From an uncultured virus (IMG/VR IMGVR_UViG_3300034107_000607) (Duplodnaviria; Heunggongvirae; Uroviricota; Caudoviricetes), in the IMG/VR virus record IMGVR_UViG_3300034107_000607: 64,000 bases of DNA, one strand, 5' to 3'. The position numbers and the translations under genes are program-made. Below, in pieces: positions 9,611 through 19,390 of this stretch. The notes beneath the pieces were generated by a model. It was not told the DNA's origin, did no database searches, and saw only the letters and a list, made by a program, of their open reading frames with translations. Positions within the stretch are counted from its first letter, which is position 1. The number at the start of each line of letters is the position of its first letter.

Positions 9611-9796
9611 TTATTCAGCACTTTCCTTAGTAACAGGTTCTTGTTGTGATTGATTTTCACGAACAAAATTTGCAATTTTTTCACGTAGTGTTCCTACAGT
9701 TATCAACTCGTTACCTTTGAATGCCCCACGTTCTGTGCAAGCATCAATGATATTTACCATAGTAATCATATCACTTAAATTAATATTTGTTTCCAT
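9611..9796 (-). CDS. Conserved hypothetical protein
   Basis: IIDACTERGAFKGNELITVG motif. Confidence 0.7.
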   Translation of the reverse strand: METNINLSDMITMVNIIDACTERGAFKGNELITVGTLREKIANFVRENQSQQEPVTKESAE

Positions 9797-9798
9797 TA

Positions 9799-10461
9799 TT
9801 AGCCTTTCTTGTATGTTGATTTGGATTCAATAGCAATGAAGTATGTAACTTGATCACATACAAACTTTGAAATACCTTTTGAGCATAGTGTAACCTTATA
9901 CTTCTGCGGAATTAGTTTCAGATTTTCAGTCTTGATAATCAATTGAAATTTATCACCAGTGGAACCAAGTTCCACACCGAAAGTATCAGCAGTTGTATTA
10001 TTTGAGTCGATTGCCTTCAGTGAACAAGTATCGCCATCACCAACGAATGCAACTTCTGGTAGTTGAAGAACACCAGCAGCTTTAATTACAGATTGAAGAT
10101 CATTCCAGTCAATTTCAACTTCAACATCATTGGATGGAATAGTGATTTCTTTTTCTGGCGGGGCGATAATCATAGATTTGTCAGCAAAGTAATATCGGGT
10201 CTTTGTTTTACCTTGAGCCATCGTGAAATGATTACTTTCAAATTGAACATCTGGTTCACCGAATAGTCCATAAGTAGATAGGAAACGAGACATGTCATAA
10301 ACACAGGCTTCTGAAGGAATCTCGTCCTCAATATTTGCAATAGCCATTACAGTCTTTTGTGGACTGATAGTGCGCAGTTGTTTGCCGGGTTTAAAGATAA
10401 TGGATGGGTTAATTGTCGCAAAATTCTTGAGAACTGTGAGTGTGCGTTCAGAAAATTTCAT
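9799..10461 (-). CDS. 45: Sliding clamp (gp45)
   Basis: MKFSERTLTVLKNFATINPSI, YFIAIE. Confidence 0.95.
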   Translation of the reverse strand: MKFSERTLTVLKNFATINPSIIFKPGKQLRTISPQKTVMAIANIEDEIPSEACVYDMSRFLSTYGLFGEPDVQFESNHFTMAQGKTKTRYYFADKSMIIAPPEKEITIPSNDVEVEIDWNDLQSVIKAAGVLQLPEVAFVGDGDTCSLKAIDSNNTTADTFGVELGSTGDKFQLIIKTENLKLIPQKYKVTLCSKGISKFVCDQVTYFIAIESKSTYKKG

Positions 10462-10531
10462 AGTAATTCCTTTCAATGAGTGTCATATAATAGATTGAAT
10501 ATATCATAATGTGGGAAAAAGTCAACCAAAA

Positions 10532-10876
10532 TTACTCCAGAAATACTGGAATACTGACTTTTTCGGATGTTTTGTTAAACTTTGACTTGACCGCTTGCTC
10601 TAGGTCGATGTTAAATTCATTTGCAAGCAAGTCGATAGTGATGAGAACATCACCAATTTCCTCGACTAGATTTTCCATAAGATCATTAATGTCTTTGTTA
10701 TTGCCGATAATCCCATTCCGTGCTCTATAAACTTTCTTTACGGCATTTGCAAGTTCACCCGCTTCACCAGCAAATTCTACTGCTCGAAATAAAATATCAA
10801 CATTTTCAGCGCCAGTCCACATAGTCTGGCGCTGATTATTCTTTTGTCGTAGTTGTGTCAAAAATGAGTCTGTCAT
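10532..10876 (-). CDS. MazG-like nucleotide pyrophosphohydrolase
   Basis: GEAGELANAVKK...EEIGDV. Confidence 0.85.
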   Translation of the reverse strand: MTDSFLTQLRQKNNQRQTMWTGAENVDILFRAVEFAGEAGELANAVKKVYRARNGIIGNNKDINDLMENLVEEIGDVLITIDLLANEFNIDLEQAVKSKFNKTSEKVSIPVFLE

Positions 10877-11739
10877 GGTCTTGTCCCTAATTTATTCTTT
10901 TTCTTTGCTTTTGCATCGGCTCCTGCTGTAGGAGACGCTCCAATAGATGCGATTGCTGCCATCGAGCCGCGGAAGACATAAGTTCCAACATGTTGTAATT
11001 GCATCCATGGACACATATGAATTGTAATACCTATCTTACGAGCATTTTTACAGAAGAAATAATCCTCAGATAGATACCGCTTTGTTTCTGGATCAATTCC
11101 ACAATCAAAGAATGCAGTGATTTCTCTATCACCGTTAAAATTTTCAGATCTTACATGGTCTGGTTTATAACTATACTCTGGATATGCTGCAGAATATTTT
11201 TCTAGCACAGTTCTAGGAATAAGCATAAACCCAGTACCACCTTCGGCAACTTCAACTGGCTCGTCAATTTTAAATGATTGAACTTCTCTTGCAGGATTAA
11301 ATACATAATCTGCAGAATAAAAGGCAAGATCGGAAGGATTTTCTGCTTTGCCATTTTTAACAGCAGATTTTACTTTTTCCCATGCAATTGTTTTCTTAGG
11401 ATATGGACCAGTAACAATCTGATATTTTACCGGATCTGATATTTGCAGTGCTAATAGCATTAATACATCTTTAGGATTAAATCCAATATCAGCATCAACA
11501 AACATCAAATGTGTACAATCTGATCGCAAAAATTCATCAACAACATAATTTCTTGCACGTTGAACTAAACTCTCGTTAAAAAGAAAATATTCTTTAACCT
11601 CAATTCCATGTGTAGCACAAAGTTTAAAAAGATCATTTGTAGATTTACAAAAAAGACCTGCGCAATTACCTCCATACATAGGAGTGCCGAGGAATATGGA
11701 ATACTTTCGTAAGTCTTCTGTAGTTATTTCAAGTTTCAT
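10873..11739 (-). CDS. Putative GT-A-fold glycosyltransferase
   Basis: TPMYGG, ESLVQRARN, THLMFVDADI (DxD), GTGFMLI, SEDYFFC. Confidence 0.65.
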   Translation of the reverse strand: MKLEITTEDLRKYSIFLGTPMYGGNCAGLFCKSTNDLFKLCATHGIEVKEYFLFNESLVQRARNYVVDEFLRSDCTHLMFVDADIGFNPKDVLMLLALQISDPVKYQIVTGPYPKKTIAWEKVKSAVKNGKAENPSDLAFYSADYVFNPAREVQSFKIDEPVEVAEGGTGFMLIPRTVLEKYSAAYPEYSYKPDHVRSENFNGDREITAFFDCGIDPETKRYLSEDYFFCKNARKIGITIHMCPWMQLQHVGTYVFRGSMAAIASIGASPTAGADAKAKKKNKLGTRP

Positions 11740-11742
11740 TTA

Positions 11743-12378
11743 TCACCTTTTCGGTTGTTCTAAATCATTTTCTAGTCTAAGGATTGTTTGATACCGCAGC
11801 ATATCGGCAAGAATATCCCACGCGCTGTCGTGCTCTACAAAAACTGATTTCCAAAATTCTTCGTCTTGGATTGGGGTAATATTTGTAGTAACGGGATTAT
11901 TCAATTTAGCATTAATATGAGTTCGCATATCTTGCACTCTATTAAATCGGAAATATTCCTTAAAGGTGTAAGTTTTGCCAACTACTTTAAATAGTCTTTG
12001 GAGAATAATTGGATCAAAAGTATTACCACGTGAGAACCAATAGTCAAACTTACCAATTGTATTCATATGTGTAATCAGTTGATTGATAAACTGATCTACG
12101 GTAAGATCATCGGGGGAAGGTTTGACATGTTTACGAGCTTCTGGTGATACTTCTTGCCAAAATTTAAGCGCAGTATCTTGGACAATAAACCCATAATTCG
12201 TGACTTGATCTTTCACTGACAATTTAAACTTCTTTGAAAGGGTAACGTCTCTACAAGAATAAGGATTGTCAGACAACATTTTATCCGTATCGGCGACAAG
12301 TATAGCCATGTCTACTGCGGCACAAGGTTCGAGCACATCATCGCCCATTGTTTCAAAATCTATAAAGATTAATTTCAT
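11743..12378 (-). CDS. dexA: DexA-like DEDDh 3'-5' exonuclease
   Basis: IFIDFETMG, SRGNTFD, HDSAWD. Confidence 0.75.
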   Translation of the reverse strand: MKLIFIDFETMGDDVLEPCAAVDMAILVADTDKMLSDNPYSCRDVTLSKKFKLSVKDQVTNYGFIVQDTALKFWQEVSPEARKHVKPSPDDLTVDQFINQLITHMNTIGKFDYWFSRGNTFDPIILQRLFKVVGKTYTFKEYFRFNRVQDMRTHINAKLNNPVTTNITPIQDEEFWKSVFVEHDSAWDILADMLRYQTILRLENDLEQPKR

Positions 12379-12389
12379 AATATACTTTC

Positions 12390-13463
12390 TTAATCAAACC
12401 ATGATACAGGTTTCTGATGTTGCTTTTTATTTTCGATTGCTTTATCAATAAGATTATTAAGAGTTTGCACCCAATTTTCTTTGGAATGTTTCTCTTTGGT
12501 CTTTTGTGATAGTTCCATTCTATCAACTTTTAGTAATTTGTCAACTGCTAATTTGAAGTCCTTCTCAGTTTTATTAGTCATTGCTTCAAAATACTCTGGT
12601 CCTGGTGCAATATCCTCAGAAGCGTGTTTGTTTTTATTAGCGCCAATTCTGAATAAAACTACTGGTACACCACGAGCAAATGCTTCAAGTGCAGTAATAC
12701 CCCAGGTCTCTCTGGCACAAGTGGAAAGATAAACACCAGATCTTGATAGGTGATCCATAACTTCGACGTGTTTTAGATTAAACATGGTTTCCTTTGGGCT
12801 TTCCCAATGGTTATTCTTGTCAAGGTATTCTTGTTGAACTGGAAGTAATTCATACGCAGAGGTAAGAACCAATGATTTCAAGTCACTCTTACCTGCAAGT
12901 TTATGTAAAAGAAATGGATCTTTTTCCTTGTCAACTCTGCCAATGGTGACACAATCATAATCAATCTGCATAGAAACTTGTTCATCTCCATTGCAGAATG
13001 CAGAATTAATTAGACCACCATTTAATTCAAGTTCTCTGCTCCGAACTCTCTTGGACAGATCATTCATACCATCATATTGCCATTGACTAACCATAGCAAG
13101 AGTACCACCGTTGTCGACAAACTCTTTCATCATATCAAGTTGAGGGATTTTAAAAATACCACCAGATGCTGTATGTGATATCCACATCATAGGTACATCA
13201 ACCATTTTTTGGATATTAGTTGTAATAGTTCCCGAATCTTGATTTGAAATAACAAGGTCAGGTTTATGGTTATGTATAAATGCAAGTAACTTTGGCGTTA
13301 CAGTTCTATTTTTGCGATCATCTCGGTTATAATAGAACGGAATTACTTCCGCATTTGCATATTTGTAAATAAACTGCGAGAATCGTTCTAGTCCGCCAGA
13401 AACTCTTGGTGAATCTAAATCGTTTTCATCATTCATTAAGAAAGGCATTACAATTTTAGTCAT
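12390..13463 (-). CDS. GT-B (GT4-like) glycosyltransferase
   Basis: GGLERF, IGRVDKEKDP, ETWGITALEAFARGVPV. Confidence 0.8.
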   Translation of the reverse strand: MTKIVMPFLMNDENDLDSPRVSGGLERFSQFIYKYANAEVIPFYYNRDDRKNRTVTPKLLAFIHNHKPDLVISNQDSGTITTNIQKMVDVPMMWISHTASGGIFKIPQLDMMKEFVDNGGTLAMVSQWQYDGMNDLSKRVRSRELELNGGLINSAFCNGDEQVSMQIDYDCVTIGRVDKEKDPFLLHKLAGKSDLKSLVLTSAYELLPVQQEYLDKNNHWESPKETMFNLKHVEVMDHLSRSGVYLSTCARETWGITALEAFARGVPVVLFRIGANKNKHASEDIAPGPEYFEAMTNKTEKDFKLAVDKLLKVDRMELSQKTKEKHSKENWVQTLNNLIDKAIENKKQHQKPVSWFD

Positions 13464-14107
13464 TTAGTATCCTCATAATGTTGTCTCCATTCATCATATT
13501 CATCTTCTAAAAGAACCCAACGAAGTTTTGTAGATGAATTATCTTTCCGTTTATCCCAAATAATCCACATATATGCAATCATACCGCCAAGTTGCTCATT
13601 TTTATTTATAGCTTCAGGATACCCGGCTCCAAATCTAATACGATCCGAGAGGATAATTATATCACTTGGAACATTTTTTGTAAATAGTTTATTTCGTTTT
13701 TTGCCTTCTAGATATGTCAAACGAACAAATAAAGCGGTCACTGCATATTCGGACACACCCTTTTCTGCTATTTTACGAGGTAAATCCTGAAAATATGGTG
13801 GATTTGTCACAAAAGCATCATAATCAACTTGTTTTGGAAGAGTTAAAACATCTTGTCCAGTTTGAATAGAACATAATTGATCTGGATATTCGTGCATATC
13901 GAATGATTTAACATTAAACCCATTCCGAATTAGTTCAATAGAAATATTACCGCGCCCAGCACATGGTTCAATAATATTCTTCGGTAAATCAACATATTTC
14001 TGAAGTATATATGTTGCTATTGGCGGTGTTGGATAAAGATCATTTTCATTCCGATTTTCATCATCTTTTTTCACACCGACGTATATATCTTTGAGATTTT
14101 TAGCCAT
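13460..14107 (-). CDS. Putative N6-adenine DNA methyltransferase
   Basis: NDLYPTP, EPCAGRG, TNPPY. Confidence 0.75.
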   Translation of the reverse strand: MAKNLKDIYVGVKKDDENRNENDLYPTPPIATYILQKYVDLPKNIIEPCAGRGNISIELIRNGFNVKSFDMHEYPDQLCSIQTGQDVLTLPKQVDYDAFVTNPPYFQDLPRKIAEKGVSEYAVTALFVRLTYLEGKKRNKLFTKNVPSDIIILSDRIRFGAGYPEAINKNEQLGGMIAYMWIIWDKRKDNSSTKLRWVLLEDEYDEWRQHYEDTK

Positions 14108-14591
14108 TCACTGTCCAATCCAATTTATCTGAATTTGTATATGTAATGCCAATGTCACCGACTTCTACAATCATTTGTTTTGAAACTTTATCCCACTTTT
14201 CTGTCCATGGTGTGATATAGACATATGGATCTGGTGACATGACAACTCTTTTAATACCAGCTTGAATTATAGATTTTGTACATTCAGGGCAGACTGGAAG
14301 TCCATAAACATAAATTGTAGCACCTTTTACCGACACACCACTGTGTAGCGCATGCATCAATGAGTTCATTTCTGCGTGCACAATTCTAGGATACTTTTGT
14401 TCACGGTCATTTAATCTCTCTTCGGTATCTTCAATACCTTTTGGAAACCCGTTGTAACCAGTGGCAAGTATTCTGCGCTCGTCATTGACAATGACTGCAC
14501 CAATCTTTGAGCTTGGATCTTTAGACCATGTTGAAATTTCTCGGGCTAATTTCATGAACCGAGCATCCCATTTTGAATTAACTTTTGGCAT
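14100..14591 (-). CDS. cd: dCMP deaminase
   Basis: TGYNGFP, HAEMN, CPEC. Confidence 0.93.
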   Translation of the reverse strand: MPKVNSKWDARFMKLAREISTWSKDPSSKIGAVIVNDERRILATGYNGFPKGIEDTEERLNDREQKYPRIVHAEMNSLMHALHSGVSVKGATIYVYGLPVCPECTKSIIQAGIKRVVMSPDPYVYITPWTEKWDKVSKQMIVEVGDIGITYTNSDKLDWTVNG

Positions 14592-14923
14592 TAATTTTTA
14601 TCCTGGTGGTGAGTCCATTTTAGTTTCTTTTGCCATACATTTTCTGGTTCTTCATTTTCAAGAAAGTCACGTGGCAAGTCACGTGCTTGAACCATGCCAT
14701 AGATAACACCTTGTATGTCTCTTAACTCTTTGATGAGATCACCAAAGTTGGTAGGAATAAAAACACCGTGTTCTTTCGGTATTGTAGGATTACTACTGTC
14801 ATAGCCATGCCGAAGTATTTTTCCTACTACTTGGATTACTTCTGCGCACTCTTCGGCAAGCATAGCAAGCCGTTCTGTTTCTGCTGGTGTTAAGTTATTG
14901 AAATTTTCAGATGTCATAGTCAA
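14591..14923 (-). CDS. MazG-like pyrophosphatase
   Basis: LAEECAEVIQVVGKILRHG. Confidence 0.7.
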   Translation of the reverse strand: MTMTSENFNNLTPAETERLAMLAEECAEVIQVVGKILRHGYDSSNPTIPKEHGVFIPTNFGDLIKELRDIQGVIYGMVQARDLPRDFLENEEPENVWQKKLKWTHHQDKN

Positions 14924-14962
14924 ACCTCACTCATGATATATTTGTCTTTAGGTAAACAACTT

Positions 14963-15038
14963 TATAAATAATAGTGTAGATCACGGAGTACCAGTCCCAT
15001 CTACTCTACGTTGATAATTTTAAAAGGAACGCAGCATG
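14963..15038 (+). promoter_or_regulatory. Late promoter plus structured leader of homing endonuclease
   Basis: TATAAATA followed by hairpin GTAGAT..GGA/TCC..ATCTAC; homologous to 51610-51690 (-). Confidence 0.7.
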
Positions 15039-16070
15039 GATATTTATTCCATTTTGGCAAGTAAGCCGCACAATTCACATTATTTGAATAAGTATATAAC
15101 ATTTATTCAAAAATGTCAACTTAAAAATACTAATTATAATGGTAATATTGAAAAACACCATATTTGCCCGAAAGCAAATGACATGTTTCCAGAATATAAA
15201 TCATTTTTAATTTATCCTTGGAATAAAGCATTTTTAACACATCGCCAACATTTTATTGCACACTTATTACTTTGGAAAGCTTATCCAAAAAGTTATTCTT
15301 GTGTAGATGCAATATGGGGTATGAAATGCAGGAGAAAAACATTTATGAACTCCAGAATTTACGATAAACTTAGAGTAGAAGCAGTAACAAATATTTCTAA
15401 AAGAAACAAAAATAAAGTTGTTGTATATGACAAAAATAATCCAGAGATATATTTTAAATCAAATATAGACGATCACAATTATCTAAACGGCAATTATATT
15501 CCAATTTTAAAAGGTATATCATTAAAGGATGATCATAAACACAAAATTTCAAATACAAGTAAAGGAGTACGCAAAACAACAGCTCATAAAAATAATATAT
15601 CCTCTGGTTTACGAGGTAAAAAGAAAAGCAGTGAGCACACAGAAAAAGTTAGGAAAGCATTAACAGGCAGATTACTTTCGGAAACTCATAAAGAAAATAT
15701 AGGAAAGGGGCAACTTGGTCTAAAAAGGTCTGATGAAACTAGAGAAAAAATGTCTAAATCACAGAAAGGAAAAATAGTATCAAATGAAACTAAAGATAAA
15801 ATTTCCGAAAAAATGTCTGGGATAAATCATCATAAACATAAGTATTTTTATTCAACACCCATAGGAATATTTGATTCTGCATCAAGTTTAATAGATATGG
15901 GTATTTCTCGTGAAAAAATGAAAACATGGTGCATAAAATGTGATAGAAAAATATCATTGAGAGTTTATAGGAATAGTATTTTCTTGCAAACTAATTTTTT
16001 TAATAATATAGTGGGAAAAACCTATAGAGAAATAGGTTTTTCCGTAATTGCGAAAGATCAGATATCATAA
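15036..16070 (+). mobile_element. Free-standing HNH/NUMOD3 homing endonuclease, antisense to the surrounding operon
   Basis: EKHHICPK, LTHRQHFIAHLLL, NUMOD3-like repeats (SETHKENIG, SDETREKMS). Confidence 0.85.
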
Positions 16071-16903
16071 TTGAAATTAATATGTTGTTCTTTCTCTCTT
16101 GGTAGAGGCTCACCATAAGAATTTCTATATTTTTGATTTGTTCTTATAACTTCTTCTAATATAGTAAAGTGGTTTTTTTCTTTTTTTGCATACATAACAA
16201 ATGCAGGTCCGTCTTTTGCAAAACATGCCCCCGCGGCACCTTTGCGACCGTCATGTCCAGGTACCATAGTATGTGAACTGCCTATCCTAGGATCCGTAGT
16301 GATTGCCTTTTGTATAATACTAAAATTAGAACCGTTCTTTTCAATTAAATCAAAAAGTTGGTTGAAAAATAATACCTTTGTCATTAAAAATGAATTCATA
16401 CCATATTTGACAAAACTTGCTTCTTCGGCGGTCATGTGGTAAACAGCACATGGTTTACATGCACTATATCTAGTGTAGATCTTTTCAAGTTTTTCTGTTT
16501 GTTCAGAATCTCCACCGAACACGTGCATGATCGGATTGACAAAATCTTCATTTGCAGACTTTTCGGTCAAAAATTCTGGATTGTAAATGACTCTTGGATC
16601 TTTTGCAAGTTCACCGACAATACTCGGAATGACTGTTGATTTAATCACAATCATACCAGACGTGTATGCAAGCAAATCAGTTACAGTAGAAACTAGAATT
16701 GAAGCATCAATGCTTGCATCTTGCCCCATCGGAGTTGGAACACAAACAAATGACACTTCAACATCAGATTCCATTAAATCAGAGACTTGAGTTCCATATT
16801 TCGGATCAATGATTGTTTTATTACAGTTACCATTCGGAAACCCATAATCTACTGCTGCACCGACAAACCCGTGCCCCACAATAGCCATTCTTAACTTTTT
16901 CAT
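16058..16903 (-). CDS. UDP-glucose/GDP-mannose dehydrogenase-like (short form)
   Basis: GHGFVG, FVCVPTP, IKST, YNPEFL, GACFAKD. Confidence 0.85.
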   Translation of the reverse strand: MKKLRMAIVGHGFVGAAVDYGFPNGNCNKTIIDPKYGTQVSDLMESDVEVSFVCVPTPMGQDASIDASILVSTVTDLLAYTSGMIVIKSTVIPSIVGELAKDPRVIYNPEFLTEKSANEDFVNPIMHVFGGDSEQTEKLEKIYTRYSACKPCAVYHMTAEEASFVKYGMNSFLMTKVLFFNQLFDLIEKNGSNFSIIQKAITTDPRIGSSHTMVPGHDGRKGAAGACFAKDGPAFVMYAKKEKNHFTILEEVIRTNQKYRNSYGEPLPREKEQHINFNYDI

Positions 16904-16904
16904 A

Positions 16905-17762
16905 TTAGTCACACCATCCATTATATTTTAACAATTCGATATATTTAGTTAATTCTTTCTGAGGTTTCCACCCCAATTCTATAGTTTTTTCACTCTTAAC
17001 CTCTGCACTTAGGCGATTACCTTTTCGTTCTGGTAAATATTCAATTTCACCACCAAACATTTCGGCAACTTCTTGAATTGAATACGAATTTGGATTTCCA
17101 ATACCGTATTCGTCGCCTTGTCCACCGAAACCAACAAGAATTAAAGCATCGACAATATCATCAATGTGTGTAAAATTTCTCTGTTGGATACCTGGCATTA
17201 CAATAGGAAGTTTTTTGCCTTGTTTCATTAATGACTTGTATTTAGCAATAAGTGTAGCATATTTTCCGTCTTTGATTTCACGTTTACCATAAACATTATA
17301 GAAATACGTAATAGCATAGTCAATAGAATGCCATGAACAATATTGATTTACAAAATCTGTATTGGATGCTTTCGACCATTGATATGGACTTATAACATCA
17401 ACTTTTGCAAATTTGGTTGATGAACCAGCATAAATTAATTTTGCATTACATTGTTTTACATATTTAAGAACTTCATATGTTCCTACTTTATTAAAATTCC
17501 ATACAAGTTCCATATCATCAAATGATTGTTCTACTCGTGAATATTCACCAAGGTGATAAACATATTCAAAAGTTTCACTGTAAAGTAAAGACAGTATATC
17601 TTCAGTACTTCCGTTAATATAAGTTACACCCGAAATATGATTATCACTTGAGCCAGTAAAATAATTATCAAGTGATGTAACATTATGCCCCAGTGATACA
17701 AGACGTTCACACAGGTGGCTGCCGACAAAACCAGCACCACCTGTGACAAGAATATTATGCAT
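16905..17762 (-). CDS. NAD-dependent nucleotide-sugar epimerase/dehydratase
   Basis: [20 protein letters not shown] (YxxxK), NVYG. Confidence 0.9.
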   Translation of the reverse strand: MHNILVTGGAGFVGSHLCERLVSLGHNVTSLDNYFTGSSDNHISGVTYINGSTEDILSLLYSETFEYVYHLGEYSRVEQSFDDMELVWNFNKVGTYEVLKYVKQCNAKLIYAGSSTKFAKVDVISPYQWSKASNTDFVNQYCSWHSIDYAITYFYNVYGKREIKDGKYATLIAKYKSLMKQGKKLPIVMPGIQQRNFTHIDDIVDALILVGFGGQGDEYGIGNPNSYSIQEVAEMFGGEIEYLPERKGNRLSAEVKSEKTIELGWKPQKELTKYIELLKYNGWCD

Positions 17763-18759
17763 GATTAGAAAGTCTCCCCTTGGGGTATTCATTTAAACTG
17801 AATGTAGGATCTGAAAATGTGTTATTTGACCCATAGTTACGGTATAATTCCATACCATAATTATCTACTTTATTGACTATGTCAACATCTTTTTTCAAGA
17901 TTGGAACATTTTGTCTAGCAGGTTGGCCGAACTTATTTATGATTTTATCAAGGTTTACATGGTGGTGTGCTCTACCATATTTTTCTACAAGTTCAACACA
18001 GTCTGGATGCATTTCATAAAGCATCTTGGACTTATTATATGATGCATCTTCCTGATAGTTGTTATAGATTTCGGTAGTATTACCACCTTTAACCGTACCA
18101 GTCCGGAGTTTCCCACAAAGGAACGAATAGAATAACATAGTGCAAAGACCTTCTTTCAAAACTCTAATTGAAAGATCAACGTCTTCATTATACTTACCGC
18201 GCCACATTACAGGGCAGTCATTATCAATAAGGAAACAAGACATTATGCGTGTATTTAAAATATATGGAGGGTATGCACAATCATCAATTGCAAAGAATTT
18301 GTATTGAAAACCTGAAAGTGCAATATTTTCAAACCGATCAACAAAATCTTCTGCGGCACGGAAAATTGCGGAACCTTTATCTACGCGGTAACGCTTGTTA
18401 TTATGTAGACGATAGAAGTCGAGCATATTATCATCCATAAGCCAATGCCGCTTGAAACCAGTTGCCTTTGAATGTTCCCAACACCAATTTCTAGCAGGTC
18501 CAGAACCTAGCCCATGGTTGCTGAAAGGTAGAGCCAAAACTTTTTCTTTGCCCACTGCATTTACATAGTTATCATATTCTTGTGGTTCAACAGCAAGATA
18601 ATACGGAACACCCATCTTGTCCAGAGTTCTTGCTGTGTGTCTTGATTCCCAGCGGCCTTTCGATATCACATAGATGGGGTATCGAGGATTATCATTCATC
18701 TGTGTCGTCATCTTCACTAATTCCTTCAATTTTATCTTGTTCATATCCTTCTTCAACAT
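17755..18759 (-). CDS. TET-associated glycosyltransferase (TAGT/GREB1-like); true start probably downstream of 18759
   Basis: [38 protein letters not shown]. Confidence 0.75.
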   Translation of the reverse strand: MLKKDMNKIKLKELVKMTTQMNDNPRYPIYVISKGRWESRHTARTLDKMGVPYYLAVEPQEYDNYVNAVGKEKVLALPFSNHGLGSGPARNWCWEHSKATGFKRHWLMDDNMLDFYRLHNNKRYRVDKGSAIFRAAEDFVDRFENIALSGFQYKFFAIDDCAYPPYILNTRIMSCFLIDNDCPVMWRGKYNEDVDLSIRVLKEGLCTMLFYSFLCGKLRTGTVKGGNTTEIYNNYQEDASYNKSKMLYEMHPDCVELVEKYGRAHHHVNLDKIINKFGQPARQNVPILKKDVDIVNKVDNYGMELYRNYGSNNTFSDPTFSLNEYPKGRLSNHA

Positions 18760-19015
18760 ATCGACTCATCATATTTGGATCGCGCGGTCTATCTGGATAT
18801 GATACCACATCAGTTCGATCTGTCAATTTGTATCCGAATAATTGTCCAAAATGTTCACGATCTTCTTTATTCTTAAATTTAATTACAATTTGTTTCCACG
18901 GGTCTTTGGATGGTTGTCTAAAACTCGGCATGCCTGCAGCCCACCATTGAAGATAATGATCGCGCCAGTGATTTTGTAATTCTTCTACTGTATTAATTTC
19001 AATTAATGTGCTCAT
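18692..19015 (-). CDS. Hypothetical protein (TAGT-adjacent)
   Basis: GMPSFRQ..WKQIVIKFKNKEDREHF. Confidence 0.7.
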   Translation of the reverse strand: MSTLIEINTVEELQNHWRDHYLQWWAAGMPSFRQPSKDPWKQIVIKFKNKEDREHFGQLFGYKLTDRTDVVSYPDRPRDPNMMSRYVEEGYEQDKIEGISEDDDTDE

Positions 19016-19017
19016 AT

Positions 19018-19335
19018 TTAATCTCCAAAGAAGTCAGAAAATGCTGATTTTTCACCTGGTGTTTCATAGATAAACCCCTTTAATTTCGGAACAGGTTTAC
19101 TTCCGATTTTGTTCATAAACTCAATATAGTCTTTTTCGGAATGAAAGTTTACCATTAGTCTCTGCCAATCTTCTGGAAATTCATTATCACGTTCTTTTTT
19201 CTTGACTTCTGGTTTATATTCTTTTGGTGTTTCACCAAGAAACTCATTTAATGATCCTTTATTGATATTTTCTTCGGCTACATAATCGACCATATCATCA
19301 TAGTCTTTTGAAGTATCCCTGACTTGTTCTTTCAT
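19018..19335 (-). CDS. Hypothetical protein, similar to neighbouring ORF
   Basis: WQRLMVNFHSEKDYIEF. Confidence 0.7.
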   Translation of the reverse strand: MKEQVRDTSKDYDDMVDYVAEENINKGSLNEFLGETPKEYKPEVKKKERDNEFPEDWQRLMVNFHSEKDYIEFMNKIGSKPVPKLKGFIYETPGEKSAFSDFFGD

Positions 19336-19390
19336 ACTTTACTCCTAAAATAAATCTATTTAGATAACTTTAACACAAGTTATGCATATG

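Noticed and set aside
14927..14960. Possible duplicated 3' remnant (LPKDK) of the UDP-sugar dehydrogenase beyond the endonuclease
   Set aside because: Similarity to LPREK is too short to distinguish from chance.
15036..16070. Group I intron or intein around the endonucleases (also 39259 and 50677)
   Set aside because: The endonucleases are antisense and free-standing with their own late promoters. Flanks are too short for an intron core, and gp43, uvsW and the topoisomerase genes show no insertions.
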